Shown here piece after piece: positions 50,285-62,030 of a DNA stretch of 64,000 nucleotides. Numbering within the stretch: position 1 is the stretch's first letter; each line of letters opens with the position of its first letter. The DNA is from Mobula hypostoma (lineage: Eukaryota). Made by a program: the position numbers and the translations under genes. The stretch is from NCBI RefSeq assembly GCF_963921235.1, contig NC_086097.1:163558001-163622000 (forward strand), read 5' to 3'. The notes beneath the pieces are model-generated. The model was not told the origin of the DNA and did not search any database. It saw nothing but the letters and a program-made list of their open reading frames with translations.

Positions 50285-50425
50285 AATCCAACTTCTACTC
50301 CCACTGACTTTTTATTCTGGTCTTTTGTCCCTTACTTTCCAGTCCTAAAGAAGTGTCTTGGCCTGAAACGTTGAACGTGTGTGTTGCTTTGAATTTGCAG
50401 CATCTGCTGAATTTTCTCATGTTTA
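50285..50425 (+). mobile_element. Old PLE terminal fragment
   Basis: ccagtcctaaagaagtgtcttggcctgaaacgttga...gtgtgttgctttgaatttgcagcatctgc. Confidence 0.6.
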
Positions 50426-50544
50426 TATATTATTCCTTTGGTTGGTGTTCATTGGTTGCAATCAATCATTTTAAAACATGGCTATTTCATTATTTACCAA
50501 TTGAGTTTAGTAATTAGCTCTATCTTCTGCTAATTATGTAATAT

Positions 50545-51870
50545 ATGTTGACAGGCCGCCTGATGTTGACCTAGGCATTGATTTCAGAGATGGCAGAGTC
50601 CAACTTGCTCAACCTCACCATGGATGGGGAATGCTAGCTAAATTGGGAAAGTTGTCCCATTGATCCACTAAGCAATGACTTGATGTAGGCATACTTGCAC
50701 AATCGTACCTTGCAGACTGTGTGTCAGTCTTCTCCATTACAATTCCAGGCGTGGCTTGTCCCTTTCGCAGAATAGACCCAGAGGTCGACAGGTGGGGCAG
50801 GATAGGATACAACAGTATATCCTCGGAGTCTTTAATGTAAATGCCAAGCTTCATGACATCAATTCAAACGTTGGCAAGGAAACGTCATGTTCATCATCAA
50901 ATGCCCCCCCATAGTTGATGAACTTGTTGAACAACACTAAGCACCACTGGAAAATATTGGTATTGGTTTATTATTGTTGTGTGTACCAAGATGCAGTGAA
51001 AAGCTTGTCTTGCTCACTGTTCATGAAGATCGAATCATTGTATACAGTAGATCATTGAGGTAGAACAATATAAAATAGTAACAATGCAGAATAAAGCATA
51101 AAAGCTACAGGGAAAGTGCAGTGCAGCTAAACAATAAAGTACAAGATCATAATGAGGTAGATTGTGAGGTCAAGCACCCATTTTATCGTATAAGAGGTCC
51201 ATTCAAGAGTCTGATAACAGCAGGATAGTGGCACAGGATGTGGTAAGGGTGGGAGGCTTTGATATCCTTCACCATGAGTGGCTTGATATTGCCATGACTC
51301 ACTGAGCTGTCCAAATCCAGAAGGATAGAGCTGCCACTCCCAGCAGGTAGAGGGCAACCAACATGAAGGATGAACATACTTGGCCTCATTCTCACCAGCT
51401 ACTGTGGCAGATGCAACTGTCTATGCCAGCAGCGGCAGCCATGATCCCTGTTCGGCCATTCTGGAAACTCAACAAGGATTATCACCTTCCATTTTTTTTT
51501 ATGAGGCACCAGACGGGAATACCCCGAGCAAACCTGTCAGCTAAAACTGTGTGTCCGTGAAGTGTTGTGAAATTCAGCAGCTCCGCCCCAATCTAATTTT
51601 AATACTCGACACAAACTATATTCTGCTATTATCACCGTGCCAGGAAATGAATCCTGGTTCAATGAGTGCACAAATTCTTGCAAGGAATAGCATCAGATAT
51701 ACCGAAACAATGATGAGATGCCAGCAATGTTGAAGCTGCGATACAGGATTACTGACAAGCTCAACAGCAAAACCACTATGAAATAAAAGACCCATGTGAA
51801 TTCGCAACCAATAGAATGGATCAAAGCTCAGTAGCCACATCTAGTCATGGATGGCAATGGACAATTAGAC
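50545..51870 (+). mobile_element. Ancient LINE remnant interrupted by a LINE tail (about 50955-51230, minus)
   Basis: Degenerate endonuclease-region-like sequence. The insert begins attggtattggtttattattg, a tail also seen near 730. Confidence 0.4.
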
Positions 51871-52669
51871 AGTTCAAGGAAATTAATGTAGAATTAATGT
51901 AAATGAGTCTATGATGGTTGGTGATGATTTGATGGATTGAAGGCTTGCTTCTGTGCTGTGATTCTATGATTTTTTTAATATCAGGCTATATCTCTATGCC
52001 GGAGGCTTGGGAGCAATAGAATCATAGATTGACACATTTTGGAAGTAGGTCACGAAGCTCCTGATGATTATACAGGCACTTTGGGTGGGTTGTCCACTGA
52101 ATTCCATTCTCTGCCCAATAGTTTCCTTCAGTATTTGTCCTGTCACTTTGAGTATATAACAATTACATTTGCTTTGATCAGACAAGAACTCGGATTTCTT
52201 TTCCAATCTCTTTTTGATGGGAAGTATGCAGTTTGTCATTGATCCTGTTGTATTTCTCTGTTCTACTGTGAATGCCTGAAAGAAAATGAATCTCAAAGTA
52301 GCATACTGTATGGTGACATGCGTACTTTGATAATAAATTTACCTTGAACTTTGATATACATCTTTCAATAATTCAGGAAACAGGACAGACCAGCTGTACA
52401 CAGCAAGATTCCATAAAAGCATCAACACTCTTCATGGCAATACTAATTTTTGGAGATAAATGTAAATCCATGATACTGATGTCAATGGTAAATGTACCAG
52501 TCTAGGAGCAGATTAAGCAAGGTAGAAAGTAACTTCTGCGTAGTTAACTGGAATAGGCTGTATCTGTGCTGTGAGGTGTGTGTTGTACACTGATTCCAGC
52601 AAATGGGAATGATTGAGACTGGTAGGTGAACGTTGTGTTGCAGATGTTTTAAGGTTCCTTAAGGTTGTT

Positions 52670-53250
52670 ATAGCTGGGGGTGGTAGTGGGAATGAGCTCC
52701 CACTGCCTATTAAATGCTCCCAATGGCTTGTGTCTCAAATAGCCTCTAACAACCAAGACCGATTCCTGGTCTTGATGTTTGGCTTACCCACTTAGCCCGG
52801 TGGAAACATCTCTACTAGCAGAAGGAGCAAAGGTAGGTTATTAGCATTTAAAACCAGTGGCTTTGTGCAGATGGGAATCGTCAGCCTGGGCACCTCATGT
52901 GGGAGAAGGAAAACTCTGATCTCAAACCTCCGCTGCTTTGTGGCTATAGCCGCTGTTGGGGAAAGTTTCGGGAGTAACCCTGAGGAAAATTCTGGAGCTA
53001 GAGTCCCTAAGACAAACGTACGCCGACTTCAATGATGACTGGCAACTCCTGCAATGCTGCCGGTGCTGAACCATACCGGTCTTTGCTGTTCCTTTGGATT
53101 CAACAGCTGCATGGAGAGAGGGAGCCTGCTTGCTTTTATATCGTACTGTCCTGGTTTGTGTACTGGCTTGCATATCACATAGACAGCTGGGATGAAACAT
53201 TTGTGGTCGACCCCAACCACGCAGGGCCTCACAAGATGTCTGAGCCATCT
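52670..53250 (+). mobile_element. RTE-derived non-autonomous element (5' UTR-like)
   Basis: Contains ggagaaggaaaactctgatctcaaacc, a motif I recognise from RTE-clade 5' UTRs, and a 5' hairpin ggtagtggga-atgagc-tcccactgcc. Confidence 0.55.
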
Positions 53251-54184
53251 GCCACAATATTGAACTTATTTCAGATTCAACAGCAGAGCATTATATATCT
53301 TTTTCAAGGTGCATTGGGAAGAGATATTCTGCCTATGCACTGTGTATAATGCTATTGTATGGTTGACACGGTAGCTCAAACATAGCACATTGTTTTGTGT
53401 TCACCAACTTGTCACAACTAGTGAAGGTGGATATTCAGGAAGGAGTTCAACAGGTAGTTCCTATAGATTACTGTGAACAGGCCTGGATAGAGTAGACGTG
53501 GAGTGTATTAGTGGGAGAGTTTCAGAATAAAGGAGCTCACCTTTCAGACTGAGGAGATTTTTTTTCAGTCAGAGAATAGTGAATCTGGTGTTGGCTATTA
53601 AGGAATTAAAATACAGAAGAAAACATCAAACTGGAATGTGTCAAGTAAACGAACTAAATGCCTTTGTTCTTGCCATATGCTTGAAGGAAGGGAGGAAGCC
53701 ATTTTGTGAAGCTGCTCTTTGACCTCCATTTTGTGAGCTGTCTTGTGAACTACTTTGGCCTGATTATTTCCTACATTTTATGCTATTATGGAACAGTGAA
53801 ATTGAGCAGAGAATCTTTGTTTATCTGTTTCCCTTCAACTTTTAGCACAGGAGAAATTGAGGATGGTGTGGACTAGTCATGTTTATATTTAACAACTTAT
53901 TTTGACTCGTTTTCTTGTGTTCCAGTGCTCTGTTCTATCCCTCATGGCTGAAACCATTGACTCCTGTCTTCTCTTACCCTTATGCATAAATGTAGTTGTT
54001 GATAATCATGACTTGGTTTAAGTCCAATCCTGATGTCACCCACTAACCCAGCAGTTTCCTACTTTCAGGTCACAACTTATTTGGGTTGAAAGCATTAAAA
54101 TTAGGGTCAGAGAGACATTTGTTAATGTAGTAATAGTTTGATGATTTTCACTTGGAAGAAACCTTGTTTTATTTCGAATGTACT

Positions 54185-54522
54185 GACATAGGTAGTGAAG
54201 TAGTTAAATGACTGAATTATTAGTCAGTGTTGTGGACTAGTGATCCAGAACCGTGAGTTTAAATCCCACCAAAGCAGCTGGGGAATTTAAATGCAAGTAA
54301 TTAAATAAATCTTATGTTTTTATTTTAAATCATCTGAGTTTCAATAATCATGCAACCATAAAATTATTGTTAAAGACAAGTTGGTTTGCTAGTATCCTCC
54401 AGAAAGCATATTCAGGTTTATGGTTAACTTCTAATTTACCAATGTGACTGATTTTTAAATGTCTCCCCCATTCAGAAGCAATCTGGGATATACAATAAAT
54501 GCTGGCATTGCTTATGATTCAA
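54185..54522 (+). mobile_element. Ancient tRNA-derived SINE (SacSINE1/Deu-like)
   Basis: B-box-like gagtttaaatcccacc, then gcagctggggaatttaaat; the 3' end aataaatgctggc is shared with the ancient LINE family. Confidence 0.55.
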
Positions 54523-54524
54523 GA

Positions 54525-55410
54525 GATTCAAAATTCAAAATTGTTTAATATCATTTTCAGTACACAAGTGTAAAGAGGAACAAAGTAATTGTTATTCTGG
54601 ATTCAATGAATCACAAAAAATACAATAAGATAAAGAACACAATAACAAAAATGCACATTAAATATAAAAACATAAAATAGCTTATATACATTGATTATAT
54701 GTCTATAAGTGGTGCTAGACTCTGACAGGAAATGATAGAATAGTGGTTTTGTGTGGGGAAGGGGTAGTGGGTTGATCAGCCTTACTGCTTGTAGAAAGTA
54801 AATGTTTTGATTCTGGTGGAACCTACATGGATGCTATGTAATTTCCTTCCGATGGGAGTGGGACAAACAGTCCATGAGTAGGGTGGGTGGACCTTTGATA
54901 TTCTGGCACCTTTCTGTATATACAGTACGTCCTTGATGGCAGGTAGACTAATGCTGCTGGTATGTTGGGCAGTGTTGACTCCCTGTTGCAGAGCCTTCCT
55001 GTCTGTCGCAGTGCAGTTTCTGTACCGTGCAGTGATACAGCATGTTGGGATGTTCTCTACTGCACATCCGTAGAAAGTCATGAGTATCGATGTGCATACT
55101 CCAGCTCCCTTCAGCCTCCTCAGAAAGCAGAGGCATTGGCGAGATGTGTTGATTGTGTAGGATGTGCTCTGTGACCATGAGGAGTTGTGCCAGATATGCA
55201 CTCCCAGGGGTTTGAAACTCATTGCATTTTTCCCTGTTGAACCCGTGATTCACAGAGGGGTATGAGTGGTGTGAGTTCTCCTGAAGTCAGAAACTACCTT
55301 CTTTGTCTTGTTGATATTGATGAAGAGATTATTAGCCTGACCAGGTCTCAAGCACTCTACCTTCTCTCTAAAGGCCATTTCATCATTGCTGGTGATGAGC
55401 CCTAACATTG
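54525..55410 (-). mobile_element. Rex1-type LINE 3' portion
   Basis: ORF 54782..55222 has FKPLGVHI...RQCLCFLRRLK....FYGCAVENI.TCCITA; the tail reads attcaaaattcaaaatt. Confidence 0.85.
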
Positions 55411-55599
55411 TGAATATCCATATCCACAAATGTATCAATAAATGTATAATTTGATCTGTATATTTGCAATACAAAGATCACAAATATGAATGATCATGTA
55501 TGCTTAAATAGAAATCCAATCTCATTTTGCAAACTCATTTGGTGTCCAGGGTCAGGACTTGATGGTAAATGTATACTGCAGGTTCACACCCTCTCTCTG

Positions 55600-56790
55600 T
55601 AAACACAAATGTAAAAAAGATTATTTAAGATCTTCCCCATCTTTTTTGGCTCCCCACATGGATTACCATTCTGATCTTCCAGTGGAGCAATTTTGTCCCT
55701 TGCGATCCTTTTGCTCTTAACATATCTGTGGAATCCCTGAGGATTCTGCTTCAGCTCATCTGCTTGGTCAACTTCATACCTTCTTTTAGCCCTCCTGATT
55801 CCTTTCTTAAGTGTTCTCTTGCACTTTTCTTATACTCCATAAGCACTTTGTTTGTTCCTACCTGCCTATATCTGCTGTGTACTACCTTTCTTTTCCTCAA
55901 CCAGGGCCTCAGTATCTCTTGAAAATCAAGGTTCCCTAAACCTTTTATCTTTACCTTTTATTCTGACAGACACATACAAGCTTTGTAAACTCAATTATTC
56001 ACTTTTGAAGGACTCCCACTTACCAAGTACGTTTTTGCTAGAAAACAGCCTGCCCTAATCAACACTTGCTAGATCCTTTCTGATGCCGTCACAATCGCTC
56101 TTTCTCCAATTTAGAATCTCAACCCATGAACCAGGCAAAGCATATTTACTTTGAAACTAATGACATTGTTATCACTAGATGCAAAGTGCTCCCCATTTGT
56201 CACCTGCCCAGTCTCATTCCCTAATAGCAGATCAAGTAATCGCACACTCTCTCATTGGGATTTGTATATATTGATTAAGGAAACTTCCCTGAACACATTT
56301 GACAAACTCTATCCCATCTAGTCCTTTCACAGTATGGAAGTCCCAGTTAATTCCCTGAACTCCCTTTGCAGAACCTCATCACTCTTCCTACCTACGTCCT
56401 TGGTTACCTACGTGGACCATGACCTCTGGTAATTCACCCTCCCACCTAATAATGCTGAGGACTTGATCCAAGATGACCCAGTTCCTGGCACCTGGGAGGC
56501 AACATATCTGGGAATCTCATTCTTGTCTAGACAACCTCCTTTCTGTTCCTGTAACTAACAAATCCCCTATCACCACAGCTTGCCTCTTCTTCTCACTTCT
56601 CTTCTGAGTCGCAGAATCAGATTGCATGCCAGAGAACCTGACTACGATGACCTTCCACTGTTAGGGGTCATCCCTCCCCAACAGTTTCCAAACTGATATA
56701 TCTGTTGATGAGGGGGATGACCACGGGGGTACTCTGCCGTGACTGTTTAACCCCTTTCCCCTTTCTGACCGTCACCCAGTTTCCTGTGTC
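55600..56790 (-). mobile_element. CR1 LINE with ORF1 esterase remnant joined by deletion to the ORF2 endonuclease end
   Basis: About 56400-56580 translates AVVIGDLLVTGTERR..CCLPGAR....EGELPEVMVHVG (CR1 ORF1 SGNH-like). 55600-56350 parallels 24720-25480. Confidence 0.8.
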
Positions 56791-56794
56791 CACA

Positions 56795-57075
56795 GCCTCA
56801 GAATAGCAGGGTGTATTCTTAGAATGGAGACGGAGGAATTTCTTTAGCCCGAAATTGGTGAATCTGTGGAACTCTTTGCCACAGGCAGCTGTGGAGCCAA
56901 GACTATGTATCTTTAAGACAGACGTTGATTGATTCTCAGTTGGTTCAGGACATGATATGGGAGAAGGCAGGAGATTGGGACTGAAAGGAAAATTGGATCA
57001 GCCATGATGAAATGGTGGTGCAGACTCGAAGGGCCAAATGGCCTAATTCTTCTGCTATATTTTATGGCCTTATGT
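56795..57075 (+). mobile_element. CR1 LINE 3' end
   Basis: gaggaatttctttagcc...gtgaatctgtggaactctttgccacag...gggccaaatggcctaattct. Confidence 0.85.
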
Positions 57076-57563
57076 ACAGAAGGAAGAACAATAAACGGTG
57101 GGCGTGGAAACTCTACCCACAAATTTCTTGCCTTCTTGACTGAAGCCTCGAAGTTTTAGTATGTAAATATCTCCATTCTAACTCTGACCACCCCAAGATG
57201 GGTGCTCTGAAAATGGCTGCTCCGCTTGCCTTTACCTGATTATTACTGATTGTTCTTACCAATCAGTCCGGGATGCTGATTGACCACTGCTCAAAGCACT
57301 AAACTGCTGTGCCTTTTCTACTCATTAAGAGAACCTGAGTGAGCTATGACTTCTCAGGCTTCTGATCTCCGATTTGTCACTGCTCAATCAGAGTAAAGGA
57401 TTATGTTTATTCAATCAGTCAAGGTGACACAGGAGAACATTCCTGTTGTTGATATTTATTTGTTCAGTGAATGCGGATGTCTCTGGTAAGGATAATATAC
57501 ATCTCCCATCCCAAATAAAAAGGCAGACTGGTTGGCTCTGGAAACACACACAGTCCATATCAG

Positions 57564-57774
57564 CGCAAACACGAGGAAATCTGCAGATGCTGCAAATTCA
57601 AGCAACGCACACAAAATGCTGGTGGAACACAGCAGGCCAGGCAGCATCTATAGGTAGAAGTGCAGTCGATGTTTCGAGTCCTGACGAAAGATATTGGCCC
57701 GAAATGTCGACTACACTTCTTCCTATAGATGCTGCCTGGCCTGCTGCGTTCCACCAGCATTTTGTGTGCATTGC
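57564..57774. mobile_element. Miniature fold-back PLE insertion with hammerhead in the hairpin loop
   Basis: 75-bp inverted arms 57602-57676 and 57700-57774 (6 mismatches by eye) around a 23-nt loop. 13-bp TSD cagtccatatcag at 57551-57563 and 57775-57787. Confidence 0.92.
57677..57712 (+). ncRNA. Hammerhead motif, core intact, stem II disrupted
   Basis: AGTC CTGACGA A AGA TATTGG CCC GAAAT GTC GACT. Confidence 0.55.
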
Positions 57775-58270
57775 CAGTCCATATCAGAGTAGGAAGACAG
57801 ATTAAATTCCCACCAGATGTGTTTTTTTTACCATCAACTGGCTTCATGGTTTGATATACTGATATTAATTTGTTCATTCCAGAGTTCTTTGATGACCTAA
57901 ACTTAAATTCCTTGGCACCACTTTAAGTTCAATCTCATGCCTTCAGCTCAGTGGACTTGGCCTTGTAACATAGCCCCAATGTCCTAATTTTGCAAAAGGT
58001 CCTGATTTTTCATGCATTGTAAATGCTTCATAAAATGATGCATATGTCATATTATACACTTTGGAATAGAGAAGCAGAATATTAATTAATTTGGGAAATC
58101 AGTTAATGCTGGAGTTCGAAGAGATCTGACTATCCTTATACAAGAAAGACAAAGTCACAGTTTATGACAATGTCATGAAGAAGATGTATTGCATGTTGAC
58201 CTTTATTGCAAAGGAATAGAGCACGAAACAAAGGAAGCCTTTGCTTTCATTGTTTTTTTTGTGGGAACTA

Positions 58271-58797
58271 CAGTACTGTGAAAAAGTTTGAGGCACATAT
58301 ACAGTATATAGTTAAGGTGCCCAAGACTTTTGCACTACCGTATTTGTCAACGTGGAGCGGAAAGCCAGTTTATAAATCTGGCAGGAGCAAAGGATTTTGG
58401 GAATAGTGAGGGTAGAGTGCCGTGGGAGGGGTTTGCAGAGGAGTGCCGGAATGGGGGTGGCAAAGTTGCAGACACACCCAGCCTTGATACAGGCAAGGTC
58501 ATTTGATTTCAAAGAATTGGTTTATTGATCATTAAGGAATGTTTCTCTATTGCTTTCCCCTCCTTCCACTCTCCCTTCCCCTTTTCCCTACAATGATTCC
58601 TCTCTCTCTGCCCCCCTCCCATTCTCAGTCCACAATAGTAACCCACATCAGAATCAGGTTTATCATCACTCACATATATCATGAAATTTGTTTTTATATG
58701 CTGCAGCAGTACAGTGCAATACGTAAAATTACTATAGTACTGTGCAAAAGTCTTAGGTACCCAAAGGCTATGTGCCTAAGACTTTTGCACAGTGCTG
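58271..58797. mobile_element. Tc1/mariner-type composite MITE
   Basis: TA-cagtactgtgaaaaagt... at the left end and ...acttttgcacagtgctg at the right; each end is itself a TIR-spacer-TIR hairpin. Confidence 0.75.
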
Positions 58798-59104
58798 TCA
58801 CTGTAAGCACATCACTTATTGCCCATTACAAATTATTACTAAGAAGGTGGTGGTGAACTATTGCTGTCCTCCTAATAAAGGTATACACCCGCAACAATAC
58901 GATTGGGTAGGAAGTTCTAGGATTTTGATTTGGTGACAATGAAGCAGCAGTTGATCTATTTCCAAGTCAGGATGGTGGAGGGAAATCTGCAGATAATTAT
59001 GTTCCCATGCACACTGCTGCTCTCATTTGTCATGAGTGTTTTGGGAGTAGTTTTGGTGTGTAACTGTAGTACATTTTGAACATGGTACATACCGTATCCA
59101 CTAT

Positions 59105-59465
59105 GCACTGGTAGCATGTGCTTCCACACCATCAAGAGCATTTTCAAAAGGCAATGTGCCTTAAAAGATGGCATCCATCAATAAAGATCCCCACTATCCA
59201 GAGTCTCTTCTCATTATTACCATCAGGGAGGATATAATAAGATGCACACTCAACATTTTAGGAACAGCATTTTTTCCCCTTTGCCATAAGATTTCTGACC
59301 AGTAGATGAACTTATAAACAGTACCTCATTATTCCCATTTATTTATTTCTTTATTCAATTATTATAGCTTAATAGCAATTTGTTTTGTATAATACTGTAC
59401 TGCTGCCACAAACAACACATTTCATGACATACCGCATGTCAGTGATGCTAATTCTGATTCTGAAT
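59105..59465 (+). mobile_element. Rex1-type LINE 3' end inserted in an ancient LINE
   Basis: gcatccatcaataaagatccccac...ttttaggaacagc; the tail reads ttctgattctga. Confidence 0.7.
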
Positions 59466-60469
59466 GTTTAAGGTGGGTGAGTGGTGCAAACTAAGTGGCC
59501 TTTTTTGTCCTGGATGGTGTTAAACTTCTAGACGTTTGTTGGATCTGCACCCATCTAGGGAAATGGAGGATATTTACAACAATATGGGGCTTTAGTGACG
59601 CTACACCTCAGTGCATATTAGCATCACTATGCATAATTTAATTCTCCTTTTTGGAATTATATGTTTGGTTTTGAGCAGCTAAAGCTCATGATTGACTCCA
59701 GGAAGAGAGTGTTGTCCTCTAAAGAACGGTTGGAACACAACTGGCCAATAATATCAGCACTTGGAAGAAATGAGTGATGATTTTATTGAAACATGAAGTT
59801 CCATGGGCCATACGAGAGGAATGCTATGAGGTTGACAATGCATCATTTCAGGATCAGGAACTGGCTATTTAGAACTGAAACAAGGAGGAATTTCTTCCCT
59901 AGGAGATCAGTGAATCTTTAGAATTCTCTACCTAGGGGACTAAAGGGACTGAAATTGTCTTTAGCTTCAAAAGAAGGGCCAGGATTGTAAGGCACCGAAA
60001 AAACAGATACTGGAGGTCAGAGAGCATCAGTAGAGGGAAATGGACAATCATTGTCTCTGGTCAAGACCCTTCATCCGCACCAGCTCTCTTTCTTTTGCTC
60101 CAGGTTCCAGCATTTGCAGTCTGTTGTGTCTTGGGGATTGTGAGGATCAGGTGGGGAAGTGGGGTATAAGCTTGAGTGTGCATATGGGCTCCTTTCACCT
60201 TTATTTCCCTCATTCTGCTCCTCAGTTCAACCCCATTTCCAGGTGAAGTGAATCCAATATTCTGAACACCTTTTGCCAGTTGTCCATCCCACTCTATTGC
60301 TGGCTGTTTGGAATGATTGGAATTAATGCTGGGATCATTTTGTGTTATGTGCTTTTGAATTTCCTATATCACTTCCAGTTGCAGAATCTCTCTGTAGGAA
60401 GCATTGTGTTTGAAGCTGTCCTTGTACCTTCAGCTGTTTCATTCTGCCCTGTGAACCTGTGAGTTTAAA

Positions 60470-62030
60470 AACAAAAATAGGTAGTAGAAGCTTAGCAAGT
60501 CAAATAGCGACCGTGCATGGAAATGAGCAGTCAATATTTTGGACCAAGACTCTTTATCTGGACTGAAAGATAGAGATAGTCATAGTCATACTTTATTGAT
60601 CCCGGGGGAAATTGGTTTTCGTTACAGTTGCACCATAAATAATAAATAGTAATAGAACCATAAATAGTTAAATAGTAATATGTAAATTATGCCAGTAAAT
60701 TATGAAATAAGTCCAGGACCAGCCTATTGGCTCAGGGTGTCTGACCCTCCAAGGGAGGAGTTGTAAAGTTTGATGGCCACAGGCAGGAATGACTTCCTAT
60801 GACGCTCTGTGTTGCATCTCGGTGGAATGAGCCTCTGGCTGAATGTACTCCTGTGCCCACCCAGTACATTATGTAGTGGATGGGAGACATTGACCAAGAT
60901 GGCATGCAACTTAGACAGCATCCTCTTTACAGACACCACAGTGAGAGAGTCCAGTTCCATCCCCACAACATCACTGGCCTTATGAATGAGTTTGTTGATT
61001 CTGTTGGTGTCTGCCACCCTCAGCCTGCTGCCCCAGCACACAACAGCAAACATGATAGCACTGGCCACCACAGACTCGTAGAACATCCTCAGCATCGTCC
61101 GGCAGATGTCAAAGGACCTTAGTCTCCTCAGGAAATAGAGACGGCTCGGGCCCTTCTTGTAGACAGCCTCAGTGTTCTTTGACCAGTCCAGTTTATTGTC
61201 AATTCGTATCCCCAGGTATCTGTAATCCTCCACTATGTCCACACTGACCCCCTGGATGGAAACAGGGGTCATCAGTACCTTAGCTCTCCTCAGGTCTACC
61301 ACCAGCTCCTTAGTCTTTTTCACATTAAGCTGCAGATAATTCTGCTCACACCATGTGAAAAAGTTTCCTACCGTAGCCCTGTACTCAGCCTCATCTCCCT
61401 TGCTGATGCATCCATCTATGGCAGAGTCATCCGAAAACTTCTGAAGATGACAAGACTCTGTGCAGTAGTTGAAGTCCGAGGTGTAAATGGTGAAGAGAAA
61501 GGGAGACAAGACAGTCCCCTGTGGAGCCCCAGTGCAGAGATGAGCAAAAGTAAGGGAAGAAGTAAGGCAAGAGCTGGTAAGTGAAGGGTGGATCCTGGTG
61601 AGGAGCAATGATAGGCAGATGGAGAAGAACAGAAGTAACAACAGAGGCTGGGAGATGATAGGCAGAGACAACAAAGTGCTGCAGATAATGGAATTGGAGA
61701 GGAAGGTGGAGCATGGAATCAAATGAGTGGGTAGTGTGGGCAGATGGGAACAGTAGGGGTAGGGAACTGACTGGGAGGAGTGTGTGACTGATGGGCAGAT
61801 GGAGTAACTGGAGGAGGGGAGAGAAGGGGAAGGAAGCAGGGAAAAGGGGTGTGTTGAGGAGGGTTGGGTGGATCAGTAGGAGACAGAAGGGGACAGGTTA
61901 CCTGAGATTGGAGAACTCGATGTCTGTCAGTGGAGGAGTCCAAGGGCAAGCCTGAAATTTGAAGAACAAATTTCTCAAAGCTTTGCTTCTGTGAAAGATA
62001 TTTGCAGATTGGCGGCCTCACTGGAGAAGT
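60470..62030 (-). mobile_element. Old PLE terminal region split by the Rex1 insertion
   Basis: Decayed hammerhead-like cagtcaatattttggaccaagactctttatctggactga (about 60528-60566). A purine-rich tract resumes at 61536. Confidence 0.55.
60578..61535 (-). mobile_element. Young Rex1/Babar-type LINE, 5'-truncated, uninterrupted RT C-terminal half
   Basis: ORF 60724..61722 is open from TGAPQGTVLSPFLF..KFSDD..YRYLGI to the stop. Tail (atagtc)2; possible 6-bp TSD agagat at 60572-60577 and 61536-61541. Confidence 0.93.

Noticed and set aside
60724..61722. 332-aa ORF as a signal-peptide/RT fusion protein
   Set aside because: The hydrophobic N-terminal 60 or so residues come from the pyrimidine-rich old PLE flank that happens to be in frame with the truncated LINE.
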